Of a stretch of 62,871 bases of DNA, positions 41,404 to 51,264 are shown piece by piece (the stretch's first letter is position 1; each line of letters starts with the position of its first letter). A program made the position numbers and the translations under genes. The notes under the pieces are model-generated. The model saw only the letters and a program-made list of their open reading frames with translations. It made no database searches and was not told the origin of the DNA. Source of the stretch: an uncultured bacterium (GTDB lineage Bacteria; Schekmanbacteria; GWA2-38-11; J061); NCBI GenBank assembly GCA_964549305.1, contig CAZJVM010000006.1, positions 10,201 through 73,071 of the forward strand, given 5' to 3'.

Positions 41404-44382
41404 TTATTTCAGCTTTAGCTTCTTCTTTGACACTCCGATATTGTTACTTTCATTCGATTCAAGAATGGCAGACTTACCGTCCCAAAAGGCCTTTACATAG
41501 TATTTTCCCTTTTTGGTCTTCTTCTTGATTTTTTTCTTTAAAGTAACTTTTTTGGATTTCCCCGATGCAAGTGCAGTGACATTTTTCTTGCCTATGAGAA
41601 TCGCCTTTTCGTCTATGCTTTTTGCTTTCTTCTTGGAAAAATAGAAGATTACGGAAGTCGATGAGGATGCGTCCTGGTTGCCTATATTTTTCACCGATGC
41701 AGTCACCTTAATCTTTTTCCCTCTTTTTGCGGATCTTGGAGTTTTAACACTCTTGTATTTAAAATCAGGCGCCGATTCGGGCAGATATGTGGCATCGAAT
41801 GTAACTACACCTCCGCCCGCAAGGGCGTCTGTCTGTGAATCGGGGGTTTTATAATCTGCAACAGCCGTAAAAGTAATGGTGTAATCGCCCTCGGGCGCGC
41901 CTGTCTGCGACCACAGCTTTCCGCTTCCCGAATATGTCGCGGGACCCGAAAGGGTAAAGGCGGCGTTGTCAAGATTCGTGGTAACTGTTATTACGCCTGT
42001 GGTGGAAACATAGGTTTTGCTGAAAATGGTAGTCTCTCCCACATCTACGGACTTAGCCTTGCTTGGTGGAGTTTTATATCCGGTCACTGCATCCATAGTT
42101 ATTGTGTAAACTCCCGCAAGTGCCTGAGTCGTCCACAGCTTTCCGCTTCCCGAAAAGTTTTGCGGACCTGCTATAGTAAATGTCGCTTCATCGAGATTCG
42201 TACGCACCTCGATAGTGCCTGTCACATTGGGGTCAAGTTTCGCTAAAAAAGCATCTCTGGTCCCGCTTAGCGTAGTTTGCAAAGAAGTGGAGAGAGGAAA
42301 ATCCGCGTCTGTTTCCGTATATCCTGTAATATAGGCATTACCGTTTCCGTCAACGGTTATGCCAAGCCCTATATCATCCTTGCTTCCGCCATAATATGTT
42401 GAATAGTTAACGGATTGTCCCGATGCGTTAATCTTTGCAACCACAGTGTCAAACTGCCCTGTTTTGGATTTCTGCAAAGGAATTGTTGTAGGGAAATTTG
42501 TCGAATTTGTGTCGCCTACGATATAGATATTTCCCTGCGAATCAACAGCAATACCATTTCCCGAATCGTCTTTGTCGCCTCCCAAATATGTGGAAAATGA
42601 AATCGAATTCGTGAATTTGGCAACAAATATGTCCGAGGTGCCATCAAGTGGCGCCGCAAGGTTTGCCTGTATGGCATCGGTCAACACCGGAAGGTCGTCT
42701 GAATAGGTCGTCCCCACGACATAAAAACTGTCATTGGCGTCAACTGCAATTCCGCTTCCCCAATCTTCGTCATTTCCGCCGAAATAAGTTGACTGAAACA
42801 ATGTAGAACCCGAAGGGGCGATTTTTGAAATAAAGGCATCTGACAGCGAAGACTTTGTATTCCACTCCGCCGTGGCAAGAGGAAAATCCGAAGATAATGT
42901 TTCACCCGTAACCAAAGCGTAACCTGATGAATCAACGGCAATATCGTTTGCCTCGTCTATGTCGGCGCCTCCAAGATATGTAGAATAAGACAAAGATGTT
43001 CCCGCCGAATTTATCTTCGACACAAATGCATCGGAATCCCCTCCGCCGGAAGTGCCCTGAAGCGAAGAAGTCACCGGGAAGTCCGATGACGCCGTCACTC
43101 CCGCGACATACGCGTTACCGGAAGAATCGATTGCTATTCCCTTTGCGTAATCATCACTGCTTCCGCCAAGATAAGTCAGGTATTCAACTGCAGACGCCGA
43201 AGAGTTTAACTTTGCCACAAAAGCATCGCTCGCCCCGGCGCTTCCTCCAAGCGACGTTTGAATGGTAGTTGAAACGGGCAAATCGGAAGAAAAAGTTTTA
43301 CCTGTAATATAAATATTGCCGGCGCCGTCAATTGCTATGTCATCGCCCGAGTCATCGTTGTTTCCGCCAAAGAAGGTGGAAAAGACAAGCGAATTTCCCG
43401 TAGAATCGACTTTCGTAATGAAAGCGTCTGCCGTTATCGTCTGAGGGTCGTACGCCGTTTCCTTGAGAGTGCCCTGAAGTGCGGACATTACGGGAAAATT
43501 GCTCGATGCCGTTTTACCCACAATGTAAAGATTGCCGCTCCCATCAACTGTAAGCGAGTTGCCCGTTTCATCATTGTTTCCCCCCAGATAACTCGAATAG
43601 CTTAAAACAGGGTCTATTATCAGGGGATAATCCTTATTGTAGGAGGCAACTTCAAAACCCTGAGATATGTTGTCGCCGAAAATTTTGAAATTCCCTTCTA
43701 TATTTATATATTCATCGTTTATTATCTGATAGATGTGGGGTTTACTTTGAACTACCCTGTCTCCCCCGTATAGAAGTATTTCAAGATTGCCTTCTTCATC
43801 TTTTTGAAGTTTTCTTATACCTTCATATTTCAATCTCACCGATGAAGTGTCGGCGCCGGGATTTATGACAAAATCATATTCAAGCTGATTGTTGTTTCCG
43901 TAAAACTTAACGTCAATCCCTTCATACATTTCCCTGTAGATAACTTTTTCACGTATCTGTACTCCTTTGCGCCACCTGGAAGGGTCATTTCCCACAAGAT
44001 AATTCAGAGTGGCTTTCTGAATACCCGAGCTGTTAATTCTTACATCCCTGTTGCCCTTGACGGGAGTAATCTTGATTGTTCTTACGCCCGGGGAATTATC
44101 GCTTCCCCTTTTGTTAAGTTCTATAAAAATACCCTTTTTGGTAAAGAGTGTGGAATGTCCCGCACTCTTTTCATAGTATTTCACTTTTCCGTCAAGCTCT
44201 CCCGAGTTTTTAACGAAGGCAAGTGGTATGACGGGAAAATCGCCTGTTTTCAGATTCAGTTTTTTATTCGCTTTAGTTTCATTCTCCACGGAAGATTCCC
44301 TGACACTCAGGACGTTGTAAAATGTGAAAAGATTCCAAAAGAAAAAAACGGATACAAGGGCAAAGAGGACTTTTCGCAGCAT
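41404..44382 (-). CDS. Secreted SBBP beta-propeller repeat protein with PEGA-like repeats and Lys-rich CARDB-like C-terminus
   Basis: LEYDFVINPGAD, PLIIDPVLSYSSYLGG; repeated YLGG..D.G.GIAVD..GN.Y..G.T.S.DFP; VKNIG...ESNESNN. Confidence 0.88.
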   Translation of the reverse strand: MLRKVLFALVSVFFFWNLFTFYNVLSVRESSVENETKANKKLNLKTGDFPVIPLAFVKNSGELDGKVKYYEKSAGHSTLFTKKGIFIELNKRGSDNSPGVRTIKITPVKGNRDVRINSSGIQKATLNYLVGNDPSRWRKGVQIREKVIYREMYEGIDVKFYGNNNQLEYDFVINPGADTSSVRLKYEGIRKLQKDEEGNLEILLYGGDRVVQSKPHIYQIINDEYINIEGNFKIFGDNISQGFEVASYNKDYPLIIDPVLSYSSYLGGNNDETGNSLTVDGSGNLYIVGKTASSNFPVMSALQGTLKETAYDPQTITADAFITKVDSTGNSLVFSTFFGGNNDDSGDDIAIDGAGNIYITGKTFSSDLPVSTTIQTSLGGSAGASDAFVAKLNSSASAVEYLTYLGGSSDDYAKGIAIDSSGNAYVAGVTASSDFPVTSSLQGTSGGGDSDAFVSKINSAGTSLSYSTYLGGADIDEANDIAVDSSGYALVTGETLSSDFPLATAEWNTKSSLSDAFISKIAPSGSTLFQSTYFGGNDEDWGSGIAVDANDSFYVVGTTYSDDLPVLTDAIQANLAAPLDGTSDIFVAKFTNSISFSTYLGGDKDDSGNGIAVDSQGNIYIVGDTNSTNFPTTIPLQKSKTGQFDTVVAKINASGQSVNYSTYYGGSKDDIGLGITVDGNGNAYITGYTETDADFPLSTSLQTTLSGTRDAFLAKLDPNVTGTIEVRTNLDEATFTIAGPQNFSGSGKLWTTQALAGVYTITMDAVTGYKTPPSKAKSVDVGETTIFSKTYVSTTGVITVTTNLDNAAFTLSGPATYSGSGKLWSQTGAPEGDYTITFTAVADYKTPDSQTDALAGGGVVTFDATYLPESAPDFKYKSVKTPRSAKRGKKIKVTASVKNIGNQDASSSTSVIFYFSKKKAKSIDEKAILIGKKNVTALASGKSKKVTLKKKIKKKTKKGKYYVKAFWDGKSAILESNESNNIGVSKKKLKLK
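41911..42154. repeat. 22-bp exact intragenic direct repeat marking a 74-aa domain duplication
   Basis: CCACAGCTTTCCGCTTCCCGAA at 41911-41932 and 42133-42154 (encodes SGSGKLW twice). Confidence 0.85.
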
Positions 44383-44514
44383 TTCATTCTCCTTTTTTGA
44401 TTTTTTGAAGGCATTACCTTTAGCCTTTTAGTTATCGTAATTTTATCACAAAAAGTAAAAGCAATTCCAAGAAACAAGCCCACCATTCGAAAAACCTGAA
44501 TATAGCCCGATTTG

Positions 44515-45318
44515 TCAGTTGGGAATTTCGGGTTGGAGGATAATGCGGTCCACAATTCCGGAAGCAAGCAAGGGGGGAGGCGTGTCATTTTTTGAAAAAA
44601 TCGTATTGCCCTTTCTTATGAGAGGCACGGGCATACCTTTGCTTCTAAGGATAAAGGTGTAATTTTGACATTCTCTCCTGCATTCCCTTATCCCCACTCT
44701 TTCTGCGCCTTCGGCGTCTTCGCATCCCGCGGCAAGGCAGAATCGCGTGGTGGAAACAAAGGAAAACGGCATATAAAGGGAAACTTTGAAATCGCGGGAA
44801 ATGCTTTCGTGGTTGTAACCCTGAAATACATTATCAAGCTCGATTCTCCCGATTCCCAGGCTTTTCAGGCTTTTTACATACCAGTCAAGGTCGAGGTTTG
44901 TGGAGCGATAGTATTCCTTTACATCCCCGGGAATTACATCGATTATGGGCATAAGACGCGGTCCTCTTTTTATCTTTGTCATAAGACGTCCGAATACGGG
45001 GGAAAGGGAAGGATAATCACGTCCCAATACGCTGATTGTGCCCCAGTCATTTGCCACAACCTCTCTTCGAAACACCTTTTCTTCCTTTGACAGGATGGTG
45101 AATATTTCCTTCAATTTGGAAATTCCTTTATCGGTGCAGTAGGGCGTAACGAGTGAAAACCCCAAGTTTCTTTCCCTGCAGAAATCGAGTGCCCTTTCAA
45201 CTTCTTCAGGCGAGGGAATGAGCTTTTCACAAAACTCGCATCCAAAATAGATGCGCGAGGAATTCGCGTCCACCGCGCTTAAAAGTTCTTCTCTTGAAAC
45301 GTAAAAAGCGAATTCCAT
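44515..45318 (-). CDS. U32-related (UbiV-like) Fe-S protein
   Basis: RIYFGCEFCE, VVANDWG, RIELDN, TRFC...CRREC; paired with U32 gene. Confidence 0.65.
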   Translation of the reverse strand: MEFAFYVSREELLSAVDANSSRIYFGCEFCEKLIPSPEEVERALDFCRERNLGFSLVTPYCTDKGISKLKEIFTILSKEEKVFRREVVANDWGTISVLGRDYPSLSPVFGRLMTKIKRGPRLMPIIDVIPGDVKEYYRSTNLDLDWYVKSLKSLGIGRIELDNVFQGYNHESISRDFKVSLYMPFSFVSTTRFCLAAGCEDAEGAERVGIRECRRECQNYTFILRSKGMPVPLIRKGNTIFSKNDTPPPLLASGIVDRIILQPEIPN

Positions 45319-45321
45319 CTT

Positions 45322-46305
45322 TTAATCCATTGCCTCCGGATAATAGCACATATGGTATCGGCACTCCCTTTTGTAAAACTCTTTGTAAAGGCGGGAGGTT
45401 TCCTTTCTGAAAGTTTCTCTGTCCCCTTCACTGTCAATCAGGGACTTAAGTTTCGAAAAAAACTTAAGGTCGTTTATTTTTCTTTCGCTGTCGTTTCCCC
45501 TGCCAACTATTTTCACTGCCGCAATACCTGCTTCCGAAAACTCAAAAAGCGAGCAGGCACCGCAGGGAAAGTCGTCTATGTGTACACATTCCCATATCTT
45601 CTGTCTCTTCCCCGCAATTCTTTTCTTCCCGTCATCGGTTTCCCTTTTCGTTATCACCTGAATATCGTAAGGAAGCATACAGGCATTTTTGTAGAAAAGC
45701 TCGACCTTTGCCCCTGACAAACCGTGCTGAAAAGTGCATAGTCCGTCAATATTGACACACCTTGAATTGAAAACGAAAGTTTCAAACTCAACATCCTCCA
45801 CTGAGCTTATTCCCTCAATCTCTTTTACGGTGAGATGGCGGGGAAGAATGATTCTCGATACTCCGGCATCCCTGAAAAAGCGCGCCGACTCCGCGTTGAG
45901 GCACACTGCGCCCGTGCTTAAATGAATGCTCAACGGAAATTTTTTCTCCGCCGCGTACAATATGAGGGCGGGGTCCGATATGATAAGTGAATCGGCTTTT
46001 GCCGAAACTACGTTTTCGATGAAGGAGTCAATAAGACCATACTGTCCGGATGTATAATAATGTTCGTTAATTGTAATGTTTACCTTCGCCCCTGAATCGT
46101 GCGCGCGCGATACAGCATTTTTCAAAACGTCCCACGATTCAAAATGCGATTTTCCCCTGGGCCTTCTGTCTATTGACGCGGGGGAATACTTTTTTTGCCA
46201 TTCTTCGGCAAAAATGCCGCAGTAAAACTCATCCGCGCCGCAAGCGACAAGTTTTTCCACATCATCGAAAGTATCCAAAGGTGATACCACTAAAGGCGCT
46301 TTCAT
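45322..46305 (-). CDS. Peptidase U32 family (UbiU/TrhP-like Fe-S hydroxylase fold)
   Basis: GADEFYCG, IISDPA, IHLST, SRIILPRHL, C-x6-C, KIVGR. Confidence 0.85.
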   Translation of the reverse strand: MKAPLVVSPLDTFDDVEKLVACGADEFYCGIFAEEWQKKYSPASIDRRPRGKSHFESWDVLKNAVSRAHDSGAKVNITINEHYYTSGQYGLIDSFIENVVSAKADSLIISDPALILYAAEKKFPLSIHLSTGAVCLNAESARFFRDAGVSRIILPRHLTVKEIEGISSVEDVEFETFVFNSRCVNIDGLCTFQHGLSGAKVELFYKNACMLPYDIQVITKRETDDGKKRIAGKRQKIWECVHIDDFPCGACSLFEFSEAGIAAVKIVGRGNDSERKINDLKFFSKLKSLIDSEGDRETFRKETSRLYKEFYKRECRYHMCYYPEAMD

Positions 46306-46394
46306 TTGCCTGTATCCTTATCAATTTTAAAACAGATGTCTCAAAGAGCTTTTTCGTAAAAATATATACTTTGTCAAGGTCAAGGAGATTACAA

Positions 46395-46958
46395 TCATTC
46401 CATTGGCAGGACTATATCTATGCCGAGGGATTTTAAAAGTCCGAAAACCAAAACCGAATAAATTATCCACCCCGATATGCACACCCCTGTCGCTCTCCCC
46501 GTGGAAAAATCAAATAAAAAGCGAAGGGCAACTATCATTCCCGCTATGCACCATAATTGTGCAACAAAGTCAAGAAAAAGCCCGAAACCGGGAACAAATA
46601 CGAAAAACCTGAGAAGACCCGCAGAGGCAGCGAAGGTCACAGTCCTGAAAAGAGTCAGATACGTAAGGTCCTGCCTTTTGCTCGCGAAAAGGGTGCTCCC
46701 CAGTATATAAATAATAAAAAGAAGGATTATCCAACCGATAGTGGACGCGGCGATACCCATGAACAAAACCGAAATTCCGCCCAACTCCTTTCCAAAACCA
46801 GTAATGGCAATTCCCAGTCCGGTGCACGCACCGGTTAAAATAAGCACCGCTATTGCCTGCGGAGTCGCCCCTTCGTCCTCCTCGACTTCCTGAAAGAGGG
46901 ATTGTTCGAGGCGAAGTGCCCGAATCATACGCGCCAGCAAAATATTCGCAAATCCCAT
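46395..46958 (-). CDS. YIP1-family membrane protein
   Basis: RMIRALRL...FQEVEED..ATPQA; about 5 TMs; STGRATGVC. Confidence 0.7.
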   Translation of the reverse strand: MGFANILLARMIRALRLEQSLFQEVEEDEGATPQAIAVLILTGACTGLGIAITGFGKELGGISVLFMGIAASTIGWIILLFIIYILGSTLFASKRQDLTYLTLFRTVTFAASAGLLRFFVFVPGFGLFLDFVAQLWCIAGMIVALRFLFDFSTGRATGVCISGWIIYSVLVFGLLKSLGIDIVLPME

Positions 46959-46963
46959 AACCG

Positions 46964-47521
46964 TTAATCGCCTTTTTGCGTCAATTTTTCCAAAGTATCC
47001 GAAAAGACCTTGAAGAGAAGGTCTCCGAAAAGCACGAATCTAATCTCTTCAATATCTATGCCGGTCTTTGTTTCCGACAAAACCTTGCCAAGGGAAACCG
47101 TTGCCGCCTCCCTGACGGGATATTTATATGCACCAGTGCTGATGGCGGGAAAAGAGATGCTTTTAATCTTGTTTTCAATGGCAATTTCGATGCATCTTTC
47201 AAAACAACTTTCAAGAAGGCTTCTCTCCCCGTTTCCTCCTCCGCGCCAAACGGGTCCCACGGTGTGTATCACATATTTTGCCCTGAGGTTTCCTCCTCCC
47301 GTTATAACGGCATCTCCCGAAATACATCGTCCTCGCTCATCAACTATCCTTTTACACTCTTCAAGTATGTCAGAACCTCCCGCGCGGTGAATGGCACCGT
47401 CAACTCCTCCTCCGCCCATTAAAGATGAATTTGCGGCATTCACGATCGCGTCAGTCGCCTCTTTCGTAATATCGCCTGTTTTAAGCTTTATGATTGTTTT
47501 TCCGGAAACCGTTTCAAGCAT
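46964..47521 (-). CDS. Macrodomain protein (YmdB-like O-acetyl-ADP-ribose deacetylase)
   Basis: GDIT, AIVNAANSSLMGGGGVDGAIH, HTVGP, FPAISTG. Confidence 0.93.
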   Translation of the reverse strand: MLETVSGKTIIKLKTGDITKEATDAIVNAANSSLMGGGGVDGAIHRAGGSDILEECKRIVDERGRCISGDAVITGGGNLRAKYVIHTVGPVWRGGGNGERSLLESCFERCIEIAIENKIKSISFPAISTGAYKYPVREAATVSLGKVLSETKTGIDIEEIRFVLFGDLLFKVFSDTLEKLTQKGD

Positions 47522-47758
47522 ATTTTCTTTGCTGTCGTTTTTTCTTCACACTTTAATTTGTGGCTGACAATACAGGAATAAACCCCCTGCCGCAAGAAGC
47601 TTTTTCCAGGAAGTTATCAGAGATGTTTAAAAGTCCGCTATTTTTTGCGGCTTTTTACAATTTTTCATTCTTAAAAATTTATTTTGACAGATACTATTGA
47701 AAAGAAATATCAAATACGGTTAAAATAAATAAATATAATTTTATTTGGAGGGAATCCA

Positions 47759-48460
47759 ATGGCAGATCTGAAAGATATTCATTCGATTATTATTGAAGAT
47801 GTAAAGAAAAAGTTCGAGCTTCAGCGAGTTTCTCTTACACATCCCTTCCCCGAAAGGCCTGCAAGGTCATTGGGACTTATAAAAATAGACGGTGACGTTT
47901 TCACTTCGGAAAAATTTTCAAGAATAGTCTGTCTGCGGATAAGTCTTCCCTTTTATTTCTGCGTGCGCTCCACATTTATGAGGCCGAAAATGGAATATGA
48001 TCTTCCCATATTTTCCGGAGAAGTGGTTCTCACGGGCAAAAAAAGGATGGTAATGATAGATATGCACAGAACCGGTGAAGAGGAAAGACCGCAAGATGCT
48101 CCCTTATTCGAAAAGCTTATTAACATCAGGGATAAATACCCTACGCTTATGGAAAATACCACGAAAAATGTGGGCGATGAGATTCAAAATGTTTTCTCCA
48201 GGGCAGTTTGTCAGGTAAAAATCACGGAAAGTCTCGACAATGATGCAACAAATATCTTACGGGAATACCTCGCAGTCTTCACGGATATGGTGGGAAACGC
48301 CGAACCACTCGCGGGAGATGCCCTTTCCGATGCTTCCGAAAAATACAAGGCCTATCTTAAAACAGTCGTTGAGCACGACCCAGGCGTGAAGGGATACAAA
48401 ATGCTCTTCGGCGAAGAAGGGGGAGTGAAACGCTCGATGGAAATGTTCTTCGACGCGTAG
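47759..48460 (+). CDS. Ferredoxin-dependent bilin reductase (FDBR)/RCCR-like protein
   Basis: P..EYDLPIF, MIDMH, VFS, EYLAVF, YLKTVVEHDPG...LFGEE...MFF; GGAGG RBS. Confidence 0.7.
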   Translation: MADLKDIHSIIIEDVKKKFELQRVSLTHPFPERPARSLGLIKIDGDVFTSEKFSRIVCLRISLPFYFCVRSTFMRPKMEYDLPIFSGEVVLTGKKRMVMIDMHRTGEEERPQDAPLFEKLINIRDKYPTLMENTTKNVGDEIQNVFSRAVCQVKITESLDNDATNILREYLAVFTDMVGNAEPLAGDALSDASEKYKAYLKTVVEHDPGVKGYKMLFGEEGGVKRSMEMFFDA

Positions 48461-48702
48461 ACTCACAATACTTTAAACCGTTGTAATGCCTCTGGTTATT
48501 TTGCCCTTTATGTGCCGGGAAACAGATATCCTGAGACAAAAAACGCGCCATACGCACTGTTTCTTTTGAAAACAGACTATTGACTTTATACTTCCACTAT
48601 TAGTATATAGGCATCAGGATTACAGGTGCGCTCGATCATTAAATAGATGATGATTCTTGAAAAATGTTTCAATAGTTAATAGTGTTTAAGAAAGGAATAA
48701 AA

Positions 48703-48909
48703 ATGCTTGATGAAAATGTTAAAGTAATTGATGCAATAAGAATCGCAATAGAAAGAGAAAAAAAAGCCGTCGAATTTTATTCGCAGGCAGCGGAAATATC
48801 GAAAGACCCCGGGGCAAAAAAGATGTTCGAGCATCTTTTGAAAGAAGAGCAGAGGCATGTGAGGATTCTCGAAGAAGAGTATGACAAGAATATAATGACA
48901 GAAATGTAA
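48703..48909 (+). CDS. Small rubrerythrin/ferritin-like protein (half domain)
   Basis: AIEREKKAVEFY...MFEHLLKEEQRH. Confidence 0.8.
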   Translation: MLDENVKVIDAIRIAIEREKKAVEFYSQAAEISKDPGAKKMFEHLLKEEQRHVRILEEEYDKNIMTEM

Positions 48910-48967
48910 ATATCTGAAAAATAAAAGTTTTTTGTTTTTAATTTTAAACACTTCAACGGAGAGAAAA

Positions 48968-49189
48968 ATGATAGAAAAAGTAAAGGATGTTATAGAAAAA
49001 ATCAGACCCAGACTTCAGATGGACGGTGGCGATATTGAGCTTGTGGGTATTGAAGATAATGTGGTGAAGGTAAAACTTCAGGGTGCCTGCAACGGATGCC
49101 CGGGCGCGCAGATGACGCTCAAGATGGGCGTGGAAAGAATGATAAAGGAAGAAATTCCTGAAATCAAAGAAGTTGTTTCCGTAGAGTAA
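48968..49189 (+). CDS. Nfu/NifU C-terminal Fe-S carrier
   Basis: IRPRLQMDGGDIEL...LQGACNGCP...TLKMGVE. Confidence 0.92.
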   Translation: MIEKVKDVIEKIRPRLQMDGGDIELVGIEDNVVKVKLQGACNGCPGAQMTLKMGVERMIKEEIPEIKEVVSVE

Positions 49190-49224
49190 AACATACTAAC
49201 CGTCCGGAAGGAATTTGCTGAAAG

Positions 49225-49647
49225 TTGACAGAGGAAAAAGACAGTTTCTTCATTATATCCCACGCAAGCAGTTTTGACCGTCTTTATCAGACGGTTACCA
49301 TAGCGGTTACTGCCGCGTCTTTGGGAAATGAGGTGTATGTTATCCTCTTTTTTGATGCCCTGAAAAAGTTCGTACAGGGAAATATGGACAAAGATGATTT
49401 GTCCGGCGACATGGGAGAAGAGAAAGAGGAAGTATACAAGCGGATGAAGTCAATGAATCCTCTCAGTATGCAGGAGATGATTGACACCGTCAAACCCCTC
49501 GGCAACCTTAAGTTTATTGCCTGTAGCGCAAATGTTGAGTTTATGGGACTTGACAAGAACGAAGTGCTGAAAAAAGTCGATGAGATTATGGGACTTCCCA
49601 CAATCTTGAAAATGATGAAAGACTCGAAAAACCAGCTTTATATTTGA
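49225..49647 (+). CDS. DsrE/DsrE2-like sulfur carrier
   Basis: AVTAASLGNEVYVILFF...KFIACSAN...VDEIMG; TTG start. Confidence 0.75.
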   Translation: MTEEKDSFFIISHASSFDRLYQTVTIAVTAASLGNEVYVILFFDALKKFVQGNMDKDDLSGDMGEEKEEVYKRMKSMNPLSMQEMIDTVKPLGNLKFIACSANVEFMGLDKNEVLKKVDEIMGLPTILKMMKDSKNQLYI

Positions 49648-49664
49648 AAAAGAGGAAAAGCGGT

Positions 49665-50849
49665 ATGGGAAAAAATATTTATATGGATTATGCTTCGACA
49701 ACTCCTCAGCTTAAGGAGGTGACAGAAGCGATGATGCCTTTTTTCGAAGAAAATTTCGGCAATCCGCAAAATCTTCACTCATTCGGAGAATCTCCCAAAA
49801 ATGCCATAGATGAAGCAAGGGCAAAGGTAGCCGGAATGATTGGTGCCGACCCGTCGGAAGTTTATTTCACTTCATCGGGTACGGAAAGCAACAACACGGC
49901 AATCAAGGGCATTGCCGCGGCAAGCGGGAAGAAGGGAAAACACATAATAACAACCGAGATCGAGCACCACTCCGTACATCACAGTTTGAGGACTCTCGAG
50001 AAACAGGGATATGAAGCAACTTATATTCCCGTTGACCGCCACGGGATGGTAAATCCCGAAGATGTAAAAAGCGCTCTGAGGCCGGATACGATTCTTGTTT
50101 CAGTTACACACGCATCGAACGAAATAGGAACAATCGAGCCAATAAGCGAAATCGCGAATCTTTTGAAGGAGAGCAAAACTCCCTTCCACACAGATGCCGT
50201 GCAGACAGCGGGAACGATTCCCGTCGATGTTAACAAATTGGGAGCTGATCTTCTGAGTATTTCGGCACATCAGTTTTACGGACCGAAGGGAGTAGGGGCG
50301 CTTTACATAAGAAACGGGACGAGAATTATTCCCTTTATCGACGGAGGAATTCAGGAAAACGGAAGGCGCGCGGGGACTGAAAATGTACCGGGCATCGTAG
50401 GCATGGGAAAGGCCTGCGAAATAGCCGCAAAGGATATGGATTCGAGAATAAAAAAGATAACTGAGCTGAGGAAAAAACTCATCGAAGACCTTACGGCGGC
50501 AATTCCCCATTCCTTCCTTAACGGACATCCTGAAAACAGGCTTCCCGGAAACGCAAACATTTCCTTCGAATATATCGAAGGGGAATCGATGCTTCTCTTT
50601 CTCAATATGCAGGGAGTTGCCACATCGAGCGGTTCGGCGTGTACATCGAGGGCGCTTAAGGCATCGCACGTACTCACGGCAATGGGAATACCTCCTGAAA
50701 TCGCGCAGGGCTCCATGCTTTTCAGTTTAGGCATATATAACAGTGAAGAAGACGTAAAAAAGGTCTGCGAAGTGCTGCCGCCCATAGTAGAACGCCTCAG
50801 GCAGATGTCCCCTCTTTATGAGGAAGCGCAGAAGGCGGGGAAAATATAG
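49665..50849 (+). CDS. iscS: Cysteine desulfurase IscS/NifS
   Basis: YMDYASTT, FTSSGTESNN, HTDAVQ, SAHQFYGPKG, SSGSACTS. Confidence 0.93.
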   Translation: MGKNIYMDYASTTPQLKEVTEAMMPFFEENFGNPQNLHSFGESPKNAIDEARAKVAGMIGADPSEVYFTSSGTESNNTAIKGIAAASGKKGKHIITTEIEHHSVHHSLRTLEKQGYEATYIPVDRHGMVNPEDVKSALRPDTILVSVTHASNEIGTIEPISEIANLLKESKTPFHTDAVQTAGTIPVDVNKLGADLLSISAHQFYGPKGVGALYIRNGTRIIPFIDGGIQENGRRAGTENVPGIVGMGKACEIAAKDMDSRIKKITELRKKLIEDLTAAIPHSFLNGHPENRLPGNANISFEYIEGESMLLFLNMQGVATSSGSACTSRALKASHVLTAMGIPPEIAQGSMLFSLGIYNSEEDVKKVCEVLPPIVERLRQMSPLYEEAQKAGKI

Positions 50850-50875
50850 AATCATAAAATAAAAAGGAGCTCATA

Positions 50876-51262
50876 ATGGAAAAATACAGCGATAAAGTTA
50901 TGGACCATTTCATGAATCCGAGAAACGTCGGGGAGCTTGAAAACGCCGACGGAGTAGGACAGGTAGGAAACGCTTCTTGCGGAGACATAATGAAGCTGTA
51001 CATAAAGGTCGAAGACGGAAAAATCGTTGATTGCAAATTCAAGACATTCGGTTGCGGCGCGGCAATTGCCACAAGCTCGATGGTAACGGAAATGGTAGTG
51101 GGCAAAACGATTGACGAAGCAATGGCTATAACGAAACAGGCGGTAGCCGATGCCCTTGACGGGCTTCCTCCGCAAAAGATGCACTGTTCGAATCTTGCGG
51201 CGGACGCTTTGAAAGCCGCAATAGAGGAATATCAGAAGAAGGGCGAAGCAAAAGGAGAATGA
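50876..51262 (+). CDS. iscU: Fe-S scaffold IscU/NifU-N
   Basis: YSDKVMDHFMNPRNVG, CGDIM, FKTFGCGAAIA, KMHCSNLA. Confidence 0.95.
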   Translation: MEKYSDKVMDHFMNPRNVGELENADGVGQVGNASCGDIMKLYIKVEDGKIVDCKFKTFGCGAAIATSSMVTEMVVGKTIDEAMAITKQAVADALDGLPPQKMHCSNLAADALKAAIEEYQKKGEAKGE

Positions 51263-51264
51263 CA

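Noticed and set aside
42230-43620. Repetitive region as possible CRISPR or DGR
   Set aside because: Repeats are degenerate, in-frame SBBP protein repeats; no spacers, cas or reverse transcriptase.
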